From: Microgenomates group bacterium RIFCSPHIGHO2_01_FULL_45_11
GTDB lineage: Bacteria; Patescibacteriota; Microgenomatia; UBA1400; 2-01-FULL-45-11
DNA length: 38,766 nt
Assembly: GCA_001803465.1 (NCBI GenBank)
Contig: MHDE01000005.1
Span: forward strand, 17,310 to 56,075
Reading direction: 5' to 3'
Of this stretch, positions 18,246 to 27,549 are shown in pieces. The translations under genes were made by a program, and so were the position numbers. The notes below the pieces were generated by a model that was not told the origin of the DNA, did no database searches, and saw nothing but the letters and a program-made list of their open reading frames with translations. Position 1 is the stretch's first letter. The number at the start of each line of letters is the position of its first letter.

Positions 18246-19283
18246 ATGAAACAAAACCAGCATCGTGAATACCAGTACCTTAATCTCCTCCAAGACATTC
18301 TCGATCACGGGGTAGGAAAGATTAGCCACACTACTGGTGAGCATTTAAAAAGCGTCTTCGGCCGTCAAATCCGTTTTGATTTAGGTCAGGGTTTTCCGCT
18401 TCTCACCACCAAAAAGGTCTTTATTAAAGGCGTCATCCATGAACTATTGTGGTTTATCTCAGGCTCTAGTAACGTCACCTACTTGACGAGAAACGGCGTC
18501 CACATTTGGGATGACTGGGCGTATAAAAGCTACCAGTTACAAGTAGCCAGGAACAAGAAATTATCGGATCTTAGCCTCGAAGAGTTTCAGAAAAAAATTC
18601 AAGAAGATGATAACTTTGCCCAAAAATGGGGCGAGATCGGACCGGTTTACGGCTATCAATGGCGTAAGTGGCCATCAGCCGACGGCAGGGAAATAGATCA
18701 GCTGGCTTGGGTGATCGAAAAAATCGCCTTAAAACCCCAAAAGAAACACTATATCGTTTCAGCCTGGAATCCCGAGTACATTTACGAAATGGCCGCTCCA
18801 GGAAAAAGTATGGTCATTGCTCCCTGTCACACCTTTTACCATGTCAATATTGCCGCTGACAAACTCTCCCTTCAACTCTACCAAAGAAGCGCCGACATGT
18901 TTTTAGGCGTGCCCTTCAACATTGCTTCGTACGCTCTTTTAACGTTAATGCTCGCCCAAGTCACCGGCTACCGTCCTGGTGAGTTTGTCCACACTTTTGG
19001 CGACGCCCATATCTACGCCAACCACTTTAACCAAGTCAAAGAGCAACTCACCCGGAAACCTCGGCCCTTTCCCATCCTGAAGTTAAATCCCGCCATCAAA
19101 AAGATTGACGACTTCAAATACGAAGACTTTGAACTAGACGGTTACAACCCCTATCCAGCCATCAAAGCCCCCATCGCTGTTGTCGGCGGTTTTGAAGACA
19201 AAGACTACCAAGTCTTAAAAGACAAAATCAGCCGCCAGGGTAAGAAGGATAATAAGAAGGATAAAAGGATAAATAGAAGATAA
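18246..19283 (+). CDS. thyA: thymidylate synthase
   Basis: [50 protein letters not shown]. Confidence 0.98.
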   Translation: MKQNQHREYQYLNLLQDILDHGVGKISHTTGEHLKSVFGRQIRFDLGQGFPLLTTKKVFIKGVIHELLWFISGSSNVTYLTRNGVHIWDDWAYKSYQLQVARNKKLSDLSLEEFQKKIQEDDNFAQKWGEIGPVYGYQWRKWPSADGREIDQLAWVIEKIALKPQKKHYIVSAWNPEYIYEMAAPGKSMVIAPCHTFYHVNIAADKLSLQLYQRSADMFLGVPFNIASYALLTLMLAQVTGYRPGEFVHTFGDAHIYANHFNQVKEQLTRKPRPFPILKLNPAIKKIDDFKYEDFELDGYNPYPAIKAPIAVVGGFEDKDYQVLKDKISRQGKKDNKKDKRINRR

Positions 19284-19363
19284 GATTCTTAAAACAAGTT
19301 CAGAATGACACCGGGGATATCTTCTGCCGTCATGCTGAATTCTTTTCAGCATCTAAATATCCC
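19283..19363. repeat. inverted pair of REP-like palindromic units (GTCATGCTGAA...TTCAGCATCT type)
   Basis: agattcttaaaacaagttcagaatgac (19283-309) approximately matches the reverse complement of gtcatgctgaattcttttcagcatct (19329-54). Confidence 0.65.
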
Positions 19364-19428
19364 AGAATTGACCATTGCGCAGTAGCGTATACTGAATAGA
19401 AATCTCATGAAAGAAGTTGAGTCACTCG

Positions 19429-20034
19429 ATGAGACTACCCAAAGCCATTACCCGCCTGATTGAACAACTGGAGAAATTACCCGGCATCGGGCCCAAAACT
19501 GCCCAACGCTTAACTTTTTATCTTCTCCACAATCCCCAAACCGAACTCGACAACTTTGCCGCAGCCTTCCAGAATCTTAAACGAGAAACGGTCATTTGTT
19601 CTATTTGTAACAACGTCGCTGAAACCGACCCGTGCCGAATTTGTTCCGACATTAGCCGGGACACGTCAATCATCTGCGTCGTCGAGCAACCCCTGGATAT
19701 CCTCGTCATCGAACGCAGTGGGGGCTACACCGGCCTCTATCACGTCCTCCACGGCGCCATCGCTCCCTTAAATAACATCGGCCCCGACCAACTCCACTTA
19801 AAGGATTTGCTGCCCCGTCTTAAAAGTGATACAATCCGTGAACTAATCTTGGCCACCAACCCCACCATGGAAGGGGACGCTACTGCCATGTATATCGCCA
19901 AATTAATCGAGGAGAAAGGCTTAAACAACTTTAAAATCACCCGCTTAGGCCGGGGATTGCCCGTCGGCGGCGATTTGGAATACGCCGACGACATCACCCT
20001 CACCCGTGCGTTTGAAGGCAGGAAAGAATTGTAG
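19429..20034 (+). CDS. recR: recombination protein RecR
   Basis: LPGIGPKTAQR, C4 zinc finger, YHVLHG, ATNPTMEG, LEYAD. Confidence 0.97.
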   Translation: MRLPKAITRLIEQLEKLPGIGPKTAQRLTFYLLHNPQTELDNFAAAFQNLKRETVICSICNNVAETDPCRICSDISRDTSIICVVEQPLDILVIERSGGYTGLYHVLHGAIAPLNNIGPDQLHLKDLLPRLKSDTIRELILATNPTMEGDATAMYIAKLIEEKGLNNFKITRLGRGLPVGGDLEYADDITLTRAFEGRKEL

Positions 20035-20035
20035 T

Positions 20036-20794
20036 ATGGCGGTGGAAGCTATAGAAACCGGATCTAAAATAAAAACATTAGGGTGTGAACCTGAAAACCC
20101 ACCCCAGGTTAGCCAATTTGTGAGAACTCTTGAGACTCGATTTTTAACTAGCTTTCATAAACAAGCAAACATGAAATTTTATGATGGGGTTGCACCTCAG
20201 TACGCCAATGAGCGGGCCTGGACTACAGACACAAGAAATAGCATTCGGGAAAACCTTATTAGGAGAGTCAACCAATATATTAGTGATGGAGACAAAATTT
20301 TAGTTGTCGGTACAGGAACTGGTAGCGACCAAGAAATTCTGCAAGAGATAGGAGCTGTGTGTTACGGTATTGACCTGTCTAGACTAATGTTAATAGAGGC
20401 AAAAAGACGTATAAATGATCATTTAGTTCAAGCGGAAGCAGACGAAATTCCATTTCCTACCGACTTTTTTAATTTTGTGTACTGTGAGGCTGCTGCAGAG
20501 CATTTTGATGGGCCGTTTCTTAGTACTGAATTTATTCCAGAACTAACAAGAGTGCTGGTTCCAAATCAGAAGAGAGCCAATTTATTATTAAGCGTTAGGT
20601 TGGGTAATGGAAAAGTTTATCGTATATCTGATAAGAATAGCTTTAAATACTTTGCAACTTATACACAAGAAACCATAAACAGAATTTTAACAGATGCAGG
20701 GGTAGAAATAGTCGAACAGTGGTGCTCTCAAGGAGGAACACCCAGCGTCGAAGGCATCTTACCTTGGTTTAATACTATAGGAAAAATAAGATAG
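20036..20794 (+). CDS. class I SAM-dependent methyltransferase
   Basis: ILVVGTGTG, GIDLSRLML, FNFVYC, RVLVP; AT-rich. Confidence 0.85.
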   Translation: MAVEAIETGSKIKTLGCEPENPPQVSQFVRTLETRFLTSFHKQANMKFYDGVAPQYANERAWTTDTRNSIRENLIRRVNQYISDGDKILVVGTGTGSDQEILQEIGAVCYGIDLSRLMLIEAKRRINDHLVQAEADEIPFPTDFFNFVYCEAAAEHFDGPFLSTEFIPELTRVLVPNQKRANLLLSVRLGNGKVYRISDKNSFKYFATYTQETINRILTDAGVEIVEQWCSQGGTPSVEGILPWFNTIGKIR

Positions 20795-20795
20795 T

Positions 20796-21371
20796 ATGAA
20801 GGTTTACTTTACAGCGGCAATAAGCGCTTTATCTCAGTATGGTGATAACTATAAGAAAATTGTAAGTTCTCTTGAGGATTTAGGTCATACAGTAATCGCT
20901 GACCACATTTTAAAGAAATCGTTGACACAGGTTTTATATCAAGAGAAACCAGAGGAACATGAGGCTTACTACAAGTCAATGATAAAAAATATTTCTAGCT
21001 CTGATTTATTAGTTGCTGAAGTTTCTTTTCCTTCAACTGTTCATGTAGGTCATGAGTTAACTTTAGCTCTTGAAAAAGATAAACCAGTTTTAGCCTTGTT
21101 TATCAAAGGGAAGAGACCGGTTTTATTTTGGGGAATTACTTCAGATAAGTTTTATGCAACCGAATACGAATTAGGTGATCTTAAAAAAACCTTGAAAGAT
21201 GCAATAGAGTATTTAACTGAACAAATGGACACTCGGTTTAACTTCTTTATTTCTCCCAAAATCGCTACCTACCTTGACTGGATTGCCAAAAAGAAACGCC
21301 TGCCTAGAGCGGTGTACCTTCGCCGCCTCATTGAAGAGGATATGAAGAACGACAAAAACTACAGTAAATAG
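20796..21371 (+). CDS. NDT/DNPH1-like domain with C-terminal ribbon-helix-helix (paralog 1)
   Basis: MKVYFTA, SDLLVAEVSFPS..VGHE; tail RFNFFISP..YLDWIAKKKRLPRAVYLRRLIEE. Confidence 0.75.
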   Translation: MKVYFTAAISALSQYGDNYKKIVSSLEDLGHTVIADHILKKSLTQVLYQEKPEEHEAYYKSMIKNISSSDLLVAEVSFPSTVHVGHELTLALEKDKPVLALFIKGKRPVLFWGITSDKFYATEYELGDLKKTLKDAIEYLTEQMDTRFNFFISPKIATYLDWIAKKKRLPRAVYLRRLIEEDMKNDKNYSK

Positions 21372-21511
21372 CCAATCGTCAACAGACAATAGCCAATAGT
21401 AAACAGACAACAGTAAAAAGAGTATAGGGGTTAGAGCATAGAGCATAGGGAAAATACCTGTAGCTACCAGCTTTAAGCTTTCAGCTATAACCTATAGACT
21501 ATACACTACTC
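21361..21511. repeat. long degenerate 7-bp periodic array (~20 units)
   Basis: acagtaa atagcca atcgtca acagaca ... atagagc atagagc ... tgtagct accagct ttaagct ttcagct ataacct atagact atacact. Confidence 0.75.
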
Positions 21512-22444
21512 ATGAAATCTTTCATTTGTCCGACGCTAGCCATCGACGACATCACTTTGCCCGACACGGTCTTAACCAAGGTGGTCGGCGGCTCATCTAC
21601 CTATGCAGCCCTGGCTTCATCCTTATTTGCGCCTACGGTTTTAGGTAGCATTGTCGGCAACGACTTTCCCGAAAAGTACCTTACGTTTTTGGCGAAAAGA
21701 GGCGTTGATACCCGCGGCGTTCAACATTCCAAAAAACCTTCGTTTCATTGGGTAGCCAAATACTCCGATGATCTCCACGACGTCAAAACCATCAAAAATG
21801 AATTAAACGCCTTCGAAGATTTCCGCGTGCCCCCGCTTAAAAAGTATACCAAAGGTTGTTACAGCGCCTTTATTTCCAATATCGACCCCGACATCCAATT
21901 AAAAATTTTGAAACTCCTTCCCAAAAAAACCATTACCATCATTGACAGCATGGACTTATGGATGATTGAAAAGCGGTCAGCCTTAAAAAAAGCCATTAAA
22001 TTAGCCGATATTTTCATGGTCAGCGAGCCCGAAGCCGAGGTGCTAGTGCAGGAAAAATTACCCTTGCCGTCGCTCATTGAACGCCTGATGCTTTTAGGCC
22101 CCAAAGTCGTCATTTACAAACGCGGTGAGCACGGTATCGCCATGTACGGCAAGATGGGCACCTTAATCGTTCCCAGCTATCCCCTTACCTTTGCCGTTGA
22201 CCCTTCCGGAGCCGGCGACGCTTTGGGCGGCGCTATCGCCGGTGTTCTTTCCCGCCTTGGCCGTTTTGACCGGCAATCAATGGCCAGCGCCATGGTCTTA
22301 GGCAGCATCATCGCCTCTTTCACTGTCGAAGGCTACGGCACTGAAGGTTTGGAGCAAGTCATCCTTCCCGAAGTCATCAACCGCGCCAAGGTCTTTTTGA
22401 GCCAGCTTCCCTGTGAGGATCATATCAACCTCATCAAACCGTAG
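21512..22444 (+). CDS. PfkB family carbohydrate/nucleoside kinase
   Basis: GGSSTYAA, VGNDFP, YKRGEHG, DPSGAGDALGG. Confidence 0.93.
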   Translation: MKSFICPTLAIDDITLPDTVLTKVVGGSSTYAALASSLFAPTVLGSIVGNDFPEKYLTFLAKRGVDTRGVQHSKKPSFHWVAKYSDDLHDVKTIKNELNAFEDFRVPPLKKYTKGCYSAFISNIDPDIQLKILKLLPKKTITIIDSMDLWMIEKRSALKKAIKLADIFMVSEPEAEVLVQEKLPLPSLIERLMLLGPKVVIYKRGEHGIAMYGKMGTLIVPSYPLTFAVDPSGAGDALGGAIAGVLSRLGRFDRQSMASAMVLGSIIASFTVEGYGTEGLEQVILPEVINRAKVFLSQLPCEDHINLIKP

Positions 22445-22558
22445 TGGTGAGAATATGAAGGTTTATTCCAAGAAAGCAACGCCTCCGACACGGCGAAGCC
22501 GGATCGAAGGCAAAGCGATATCAATAGCGCCGAAGGCTCAAGGCGGAACATATCTTCT

Positions 22559-23131
22559 ATGAAGATCTATTTCACCGGTTCGCTCCACAACCTCGACATC
22601 GACAAAGATGTCTATCTCCAAATCGTCAAAACCGTTGAAAGTTTTGGCTATTCCGTCAAAGCCGACCACATTTTAAAAACCACCAAAGAAGAGCTAGATA
22701 AAAAAACCGCCCCAGAAAGAACTAGTTTTTATAAAGAACTCAACCGCTTTATTACCGCCTCCGACGTCGTCGTCGCCGAAGTTTCCTTTCCATCCACCAT
22801 CAATATCGGCCATGAAGTTTCCTTGGCCCTGGATAAAGGCAAGCCGATTATTGCCCTTTACCAGCCAGGCAGAGAACCCGGGGTACTTCAAGGCATCCAC
22901 TCCGACCGTTTTATCCTTTTGGAATACACTCTTACCGACCTCAAAACCGTTCTCGAATACGGCCTCGAAGAGGCCGCCGCTCAAATCGACATCCGCTTTA
23001 ACTTTTTTGTCTCGCCGGAAATCGCCAGCTACTTAGATTACGTCGCCAAAAAGAGAAAGCTGCCCCGCGCCGTTTATTTACGCCGTCTTATTGAAGAAGA
23101 CATGGCTAAAAACAGCGACTATTCAGGATAG
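22559..23131 (+). CDS. NDT/DNPH1-like domain with C-terminal ribbon-helix-helix (paralog 2)
   Basis: MKIYFTGS, SDVVVAEVSFPS..IGHE; RHH tail 31/39 identical to paralog 1. Confidence 0.75.
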   Translation: MKIYFTGSLHNLDIDKDVYLQIVKTVESFGYSVKADHILKTTKEELDKKTAPERTSFYKELNRFITASDVVVAEVSFPSTINIGHEVSLALDKGKPIIALYQPGREPGVLQGIHSDRFILLEYTLTDLKTVLEYGLEEAAAQIDIRFNFFVSPEIASYLDYVAKKRKLPRAVYLRRLIEEDMAKNSDYSG

Positions 23132-23141
23132 GACTCTACTT

Positions 23142-23244
23142 GCTTGCCCTTCCGTAGTTCCGAGCCGATTCGGTCTGAGCAGTTCGGTGAGCTCATCGCC
23201 GGAGGGCTCACGGTCGAATGACTTGCGAGGGACGAAGGAGGGTG
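23142..23244. repeat. composite GCTTGCCCTTCCGTAG...GAAGGAGGGTG micro-element
   Basis: Termini shared with the copies at 18107 and 1354; nested internal hairpins. Confidence 0.6.
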
Positions 23245-23259
23245 TTACATTTACCCCAT

Positions 23260-23784
23260 ATGTCCAAAACCATAGGCGGTGACGTCTTTGAGCAGCTGGC
23301 CGAGCAGAGCAAACATACTGCCAAAACTACTGTCAGTCTTCCCGGCCAGGTCGTTAATCAAGCCTTGGGGAAGTCAACCGCTCTTACCGCGAGCGAAACC
23401 ACAGTTCCTGAAAAGAAAGACGCCATCCTACCACCTTCTCAACCAACCACCAGCTCTCAACCGCCAGGTTCAGTGATAGAACAACAACGAGCCCAAGAAG
23501 AGCTGGAAGCCAACAAGCTTAAGCGGCACCTTGAAAAAATTCGGGAAGAGGAAGACTATCAGCGAGCCAAATCCAACCAGCAAGTTGAAGCCTCAAAGCA
23601 ACAAGCCGAGCAAGAAAAGGTGGAGGAAGTCAAGCAATTAGAACATGCCCAATCCGAACAGGAAAAGTCCCAAGTGTTGCAGGCTGGACAATCAGGCGCT
23701 ACTCCAGTTGCCGCTATCGGGCCGATGGGAATGAAAATTCTCAAAAACAAGGCCACCCATGAGCGGGGCACGATTAAAGACTAG
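23260..23784 (+). CDS. hypothetical Q/E-rich coiled-coil protein
   Basis: ATG 23260 preceded by an extended -10 TG-T-TACATT. Confidence 0.7.
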   Translation: MSKTIGGDVFEQLAEQSKHTAKTTVSLPGQVVNQALGKSTALTASETTVPEKKDAILPPSQPTTSSQPPGSVIEQQRAQEELEANKLKRHLEKIREEEDYQRAKSNQQVEASKQQAEQEKVEEVKQLEHAQSEQEKSQVLQAGQSGATPVAAIGPMGMKILKNKATHERGTIKD

Positions 23785-23873
23785 AATCACGAATTAAAAA
23801 TAATGAATCACGAATTAAAAATGTAGCTACAGGTTTTCAATTCCTATTCGCTATTGGCTATTCGCTAACCGCT
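23784..23873. repeat. two heptad arrays
   Basis: gaatcac gaattaa aaataat gaatcac gaattaa; ctattcg ctattgg ctattcg ctaaccg. Confidence 0.65.
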
Positions 23874-25301
23874 ATGTTCTTATATAACACCCTCACCAAA
23901 AAAGTCGAAGATTTTAAACCTATAAACCCTCCTAAAGTCGGTGTCTACGCCTGTGGACCCACTGTCTATGACTACGCCCACCTCGGCCACATGAGAAAAT
24001 ACGTCGGCGATGACATTTTAGTGAGAACTTTAAAATATGTTGGCTTCGAGCCCAAACTAGTCATGAACATCACTGACGTTGGTCACCTCACCTCCGACGC
24101 CGATACCGGCGAGGACAAAATGGAAAAAGGTGCTCAAAAACATGGTTTAAACGTTTGGGATTTAGCCAACAAATTCACCCAGCAATTTTTTGATTCTACC
24201 ACTGCCCTTAACGTCAAACCACCCGACATCGTCTGCAAAGCTACCGATCATATTCCTGAACAAATCGAGCTCATTAAGAAACTTGAGGTCAAAGGCTACA
24301 CCTATAAAACTGACGACGGTATTTATTTTAACACCAGTAAATTCTCTGGTTATGACAAGTTAAGTGGCATGAAGCTAAATAAGCTCAAAGAGGGTGCTCG
24401 GGTTGAAACCAATCCCCAAAAGAAAAATCAGACCGATTTTGCCCTGTGGAAATTTACTCCCAGCGGAGTGAGGAGACAAATGGAATGGCCTTCACCCTGG
24501 GGTAAAGGCTTCCCCGGTTGGCACATTGAATGTTCTTCCATGAGCATGAAGTATTTAGGCGAGCAATTTGATATCCACACCGGCGGCATCGACCATGTTC
24601 CCATTCATCATACCAATGAAATCGCCCAGTCGGAAGCCGCTACCGGCAAAATCCCCTTTGTCAGATATTGGGTGCATCACGCCTTTTTATCAGTAGATGG
24701 TCAAAAGATGAGTAAAAGCCTAGACAACCTCTTCACGGTCGCAGACGTTACCAAGAAGGGTATTAATCCTCTGGCGCTCCGGTATCTTTATCTCACGACT
24801 CACTATCGCAAAACCCTAAATTTCACCTGGAAAGGCTTAGCTGCCGCCCGGCGTGGGCTGGAACGCTTGACTGAATCAGTCAGAAGGTTTCAAACCGACC
24901 AGCAACGCCTGTCCCTGTCACCAGAAAAATTAAAGAAGATTGATGCCTACCGTCAGGAATTCGACACCGCTATCAGTAGCGACCTAGATCTGCCTCAAGC
25001 CTTGGCCATTGCCTGGGAGGTAGTCAAGTCTAACATCCCTTCGACCGACAAGTACGACCTGTTACGCGATTTTGATTCCGTTTTTGGTCTGAATTTAGCT
25101 CAAACCACCAGTCAAGTTGAGGTTTTACCCGAAAGCTTGGAAAAGTTAGTCAAACAACGAGACAGTTTGCGTCTAGCCGGCGATTTTACCGGCGCCGATA
25201 AAATCCGCCAGAAACTGCTCCAACTGGGTTTTGTCATCGAAGACACCCCTACCGGCACCAAGGTAAAGAAAGGTAAAGAGACGAATGAAACGCTTTCGTA
25301 A
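23874..25301 (+). CDS. cysS: cysteinyl-tRNA synthetase
   Basis: YACGPTVY, HLGH, GFPGWHIECS, HHTNE, KMSKS. Confidence 0.98.
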   Translation: MFLYNTLTKKVEDFKPINPPKVGVYACGPTVYDYAHLGHMRKYVGDDILVRTLKYVGFEPKLVMNITDVGHLTSDADTGEDKMEKGAQKHGLNVWDLANKFTQQFFDSTTALNVKPPDIVCKATDHIPEQIELIKKLEVKGYTYKTDDGIYFNTSKFSGYDKLSGMKLNKLKEGARVETNPQKKNQTDFALWKFTPSGVRRQMEWPSPWGKGFPGWHIECSSMSMKYLGEQFDIHTGGIDHVPIHHTNEIAQSEAATGKIPFVRYWVHHAFLSVDGQKMSKSLDNLFTVADVTKKGINPLALRYLYLTTHYRKTLNFTWKGLAAARRGLERLTESVRRFQTDQQRLSLSPEKLKKIDAYRQEFDTAISSDLDLPQALAIAWEVVKSNIPSTDKYDLLRDFDSVFGLNLAQTTSQVEVLPESLEKLVKQRDSLRLAGDFTGADKIRQKLLQLGFVIEDTPTGTKVKKGKETNETLS

Positions 25302-25923
25302 CTACTTAGTCATTTTGGCCACTGGCCTTGTCTTTATCGACCTAGCCTATCTCAACTGGCATCAAGCCAAACGACTTACTGTTGAAGAAAGATTAGCCAC
25401 TATCGAAAAGCGCCTCGACTCTCTTATTAAACGGGCACCAGCTTCTTCCGAGCCGTCAGCTAGATTAAACGCTAACCAAGTTAGTAGCCCCACCGCTACT
25501 TTTGACGAACAGAGCCCACCATCTCCTACTCCCTCTAACAGTAAGTCAGCGGTTACCACCAGCTCGGTCAAAGAATATTTCGTTCCCTTGGGTTCTGGCA
25601 ACACTATCAGTCAGGACTGGGTGGACATTACTTCTGCCAAGGCCACCATCGACAGCAGTCGCTATGGCTCGATTGAAGCCGTCTATTTTGAAGCCAGCCT
25701 ACAAATCGTCAACGGCGAACTCCACGCCCGCTTAGTCGATGAAACCGGTAACCATACTTATTATTCAAGCGACATCTTTCATAACTCTAGCACCCCTCAA
25801 TGGAAAACTTCCACCGCCGTCAGCCTCAATAATGGCACCCGTACCTATAAAGTCCAATTAAGATCAACTTCGGGTGAGCTTGGTACTATGGCGGCTGCTC
25901 GGTTGCGCATTCTGGTTAAATGA
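25285..25923 (+). CDS. membrane-anchored exported protein (TM, coiled coil, S/P/T linker, beta domain)
   Basis: N-terminal hydrophobic helix followed by a low-complexity linker. Confidence 0.75.
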   Translation: MKRFRNYLVILATGLVFIDLAYLNWHQAKRLTVEERLATIEKRLDSLIKRAPASSEPSARLNANQVSSPTATFDEQSPPSPTPSNSKSAVTTSSVKEYFVPLGSGNTISQDWVDITSAKATIDSSRYGSIEAVYFEASLQIVNGELHARLVDETGNHTYYSSDIFHNSSTPQWKTSTAVSLNNGTRTYKVQLRSTSGELGTMAAARLRILVK

Positions 25924-25932
25924 CAGACTGGT

Positions 25933-27432
25933 ATGGCTAAAGCTACGGTTAAAACTCCCTCCTTTCATCAGTTACTTAATCAGGATAAAGGCGAAGCCTA
26001 TCTAAAAAAAATTTTACCCCAGACCCCGACAGCTAAAAACCACTGGTTCTCACGCTGGTATCAGGAAACGGGGGAGTTTGGCGAAATTTACCCCAGTCAA
26101 GGCTTATTAAAGACTCCCTACGATTTTATCGATTCGGTCGGCAAAGTCCTTCTGGCTGAAGAAGAATTAGTAAAAACCTTGTCAAAACGCCATTTTCTGC
26201 TCACTTTGTTTAATCATCCTGACCGCCTTTCTGCTCTAAAAAAAGTTGATAAGGAAAAATTTATTGCCCCATCCCGGGTTGATTGTCCGGCCATAGATTA
26301 CGCTCAAAAACAGGGCCGGTCTCTTTCTGTCCGCGACCTTGGTACCACCATCCTCGGTACCGACCAACCCCGCGTCAGTCGCCGCGCCCTGTTAGCCACT
26401 GGCCCCTTTGTTAAAATCGGCCAGTTTGGCAGACATCCTTTTGTCGGTTCGGAAATGCCGGATATTTTCGGTAGCGCTGCGGCCCTGGCCACTATGGCTG
26501 CTTGTCACTGCCTCACCACTGTTCCCCGAAACGGCATTTTTTCTGACTTAAGGCGGCAATCAGACTTAGTCAAAGCCGTCTTCGCTTGGTTATCGGAGGA
26601 AGAAATCTTGGCTGGCCGCAGCGACAAAAGTTGGTTACTGAACCGGTGGCGCAGGAACCTCATGGTGGCTCTCGAGCCCCAGTTACCGCAAGCGGCCAAA
26701 AGAGCCGAAATGGCCTATAAAAATGGGGTGCGCGCCTTCCGCATTTACTCGCCCGAGCCGGGCACCGATGCCATCAAAGTAGTTAAGTCGCTCCGTCGTC
26801 TCTTCGGGGCAGATGTCGAAATTTTTGTTGGTCAGGTAGCTACCGTCAACCAAGCCCAGTCTTTCCAGTCAGTCGGCGCCGACGGCCTCTATGTCGGCAT
26901 TGGCGGCGGCGGCCGTTGTATCACCGGTGTTCGGAGCGGTTCGGTCATCGATTGGCCGGAACTGGTCTGGCAGCTACGGGGAAAAATATCACTACCGATA
27001 ATTGTCCAGGGCGGCGCCAGCGACCACATCGCTGTTACTCTCCTCTTCGGAGCCACCGGTATCGGCGTTTCCCGCATTGCCGGCGGCGGCACTATCGAAT
27101 CACCCGGAGGTTTACTCTATCTGGTCGATGCCAAAAATCAGTGGTTCAAACCCTATGGTGGCGAAGCCTCGGCCCGGACTAAATTCCTCGACAAAAAGAT
27201 GTTACCGTTTGGCATTCCTGCCTTTGTCGAGGGTGAAACTACCCGAGCGCTCAAAAGCTTTATGCCCTATATCGTTCCCACCCTTGCCTTTAATATCTTT
27301 CTTCTGCTTGAAGACACTATTCTTTCTTTGGTTTTTCGGGGGGTAAAAACCATCAGTCAATTGCAAGCCCTAAACCCGTCACCGCTGCGCCTCTTAACCG
27401 CTAGCGGTTTATACCAGCAAAACACTCACTGA
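25933..27432 (+). CDS. divergent IMP dehydrogenase/GMP reductase family protein
   Basis: FVGQVAT (GNVAT), VGIGGGGRCIT (VGIGPGSICTT), PIIVQGG, ESPG, KPYGGEAS, FVEG. Confidence 0.75.
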   Translation: MAKATVKTPSFHQLLNQDKGEAYLKKILPQTPTAKNHWFSRWYQETGEFGEIYPSQGLLKTPYDFIDSVGKVLLAEEELVKTLSKRHFLLTLFNHPDRLSALKKVDKEKFIAPSRVDCPAIDYAQKQGRSLSVRDLGTTILGTDQPRVSRRALLATGPFVKIGQFGRHPFVGSEMPDIFGSAAALATMAACHCLTTVPRNGIFSDLRRQSDLVKAVFAWLSEEEILAGRSDKSWLLNRWRRNLMVALEPQLPQAAKRAEMAYKNGVRAFRIYSPEPGTDAIKVVKSLRRLFGADVEIFVGQVATVNQAQSFQSVGADGLYVGIGGGGRCITGVRSGSVIDWPELVWQLRGKISLPIIVQGGASDHIAVTLLFGATGIGVSRIAGGGTIESPGGLLYLVDAKNQWFKPYGGEASARTKFLDKKMLPFGIPAFVEGETTRALKSFMPYIVPTLAFNIFLLLEDTILSLVFRGVKTISQLQALNPSPLRLLTASGLYQQNTH

Positions 27433-27549
27433 AAATAATTAATCTGTAAATACAAAGTTTTTATCTGACGAGTCCTATCGCGAGTTTTCCCTCAAACACC
27501 CAAGGTGACCCCTTTGTGGACATCCCTACCAACTCACCCGCTTATTCGA

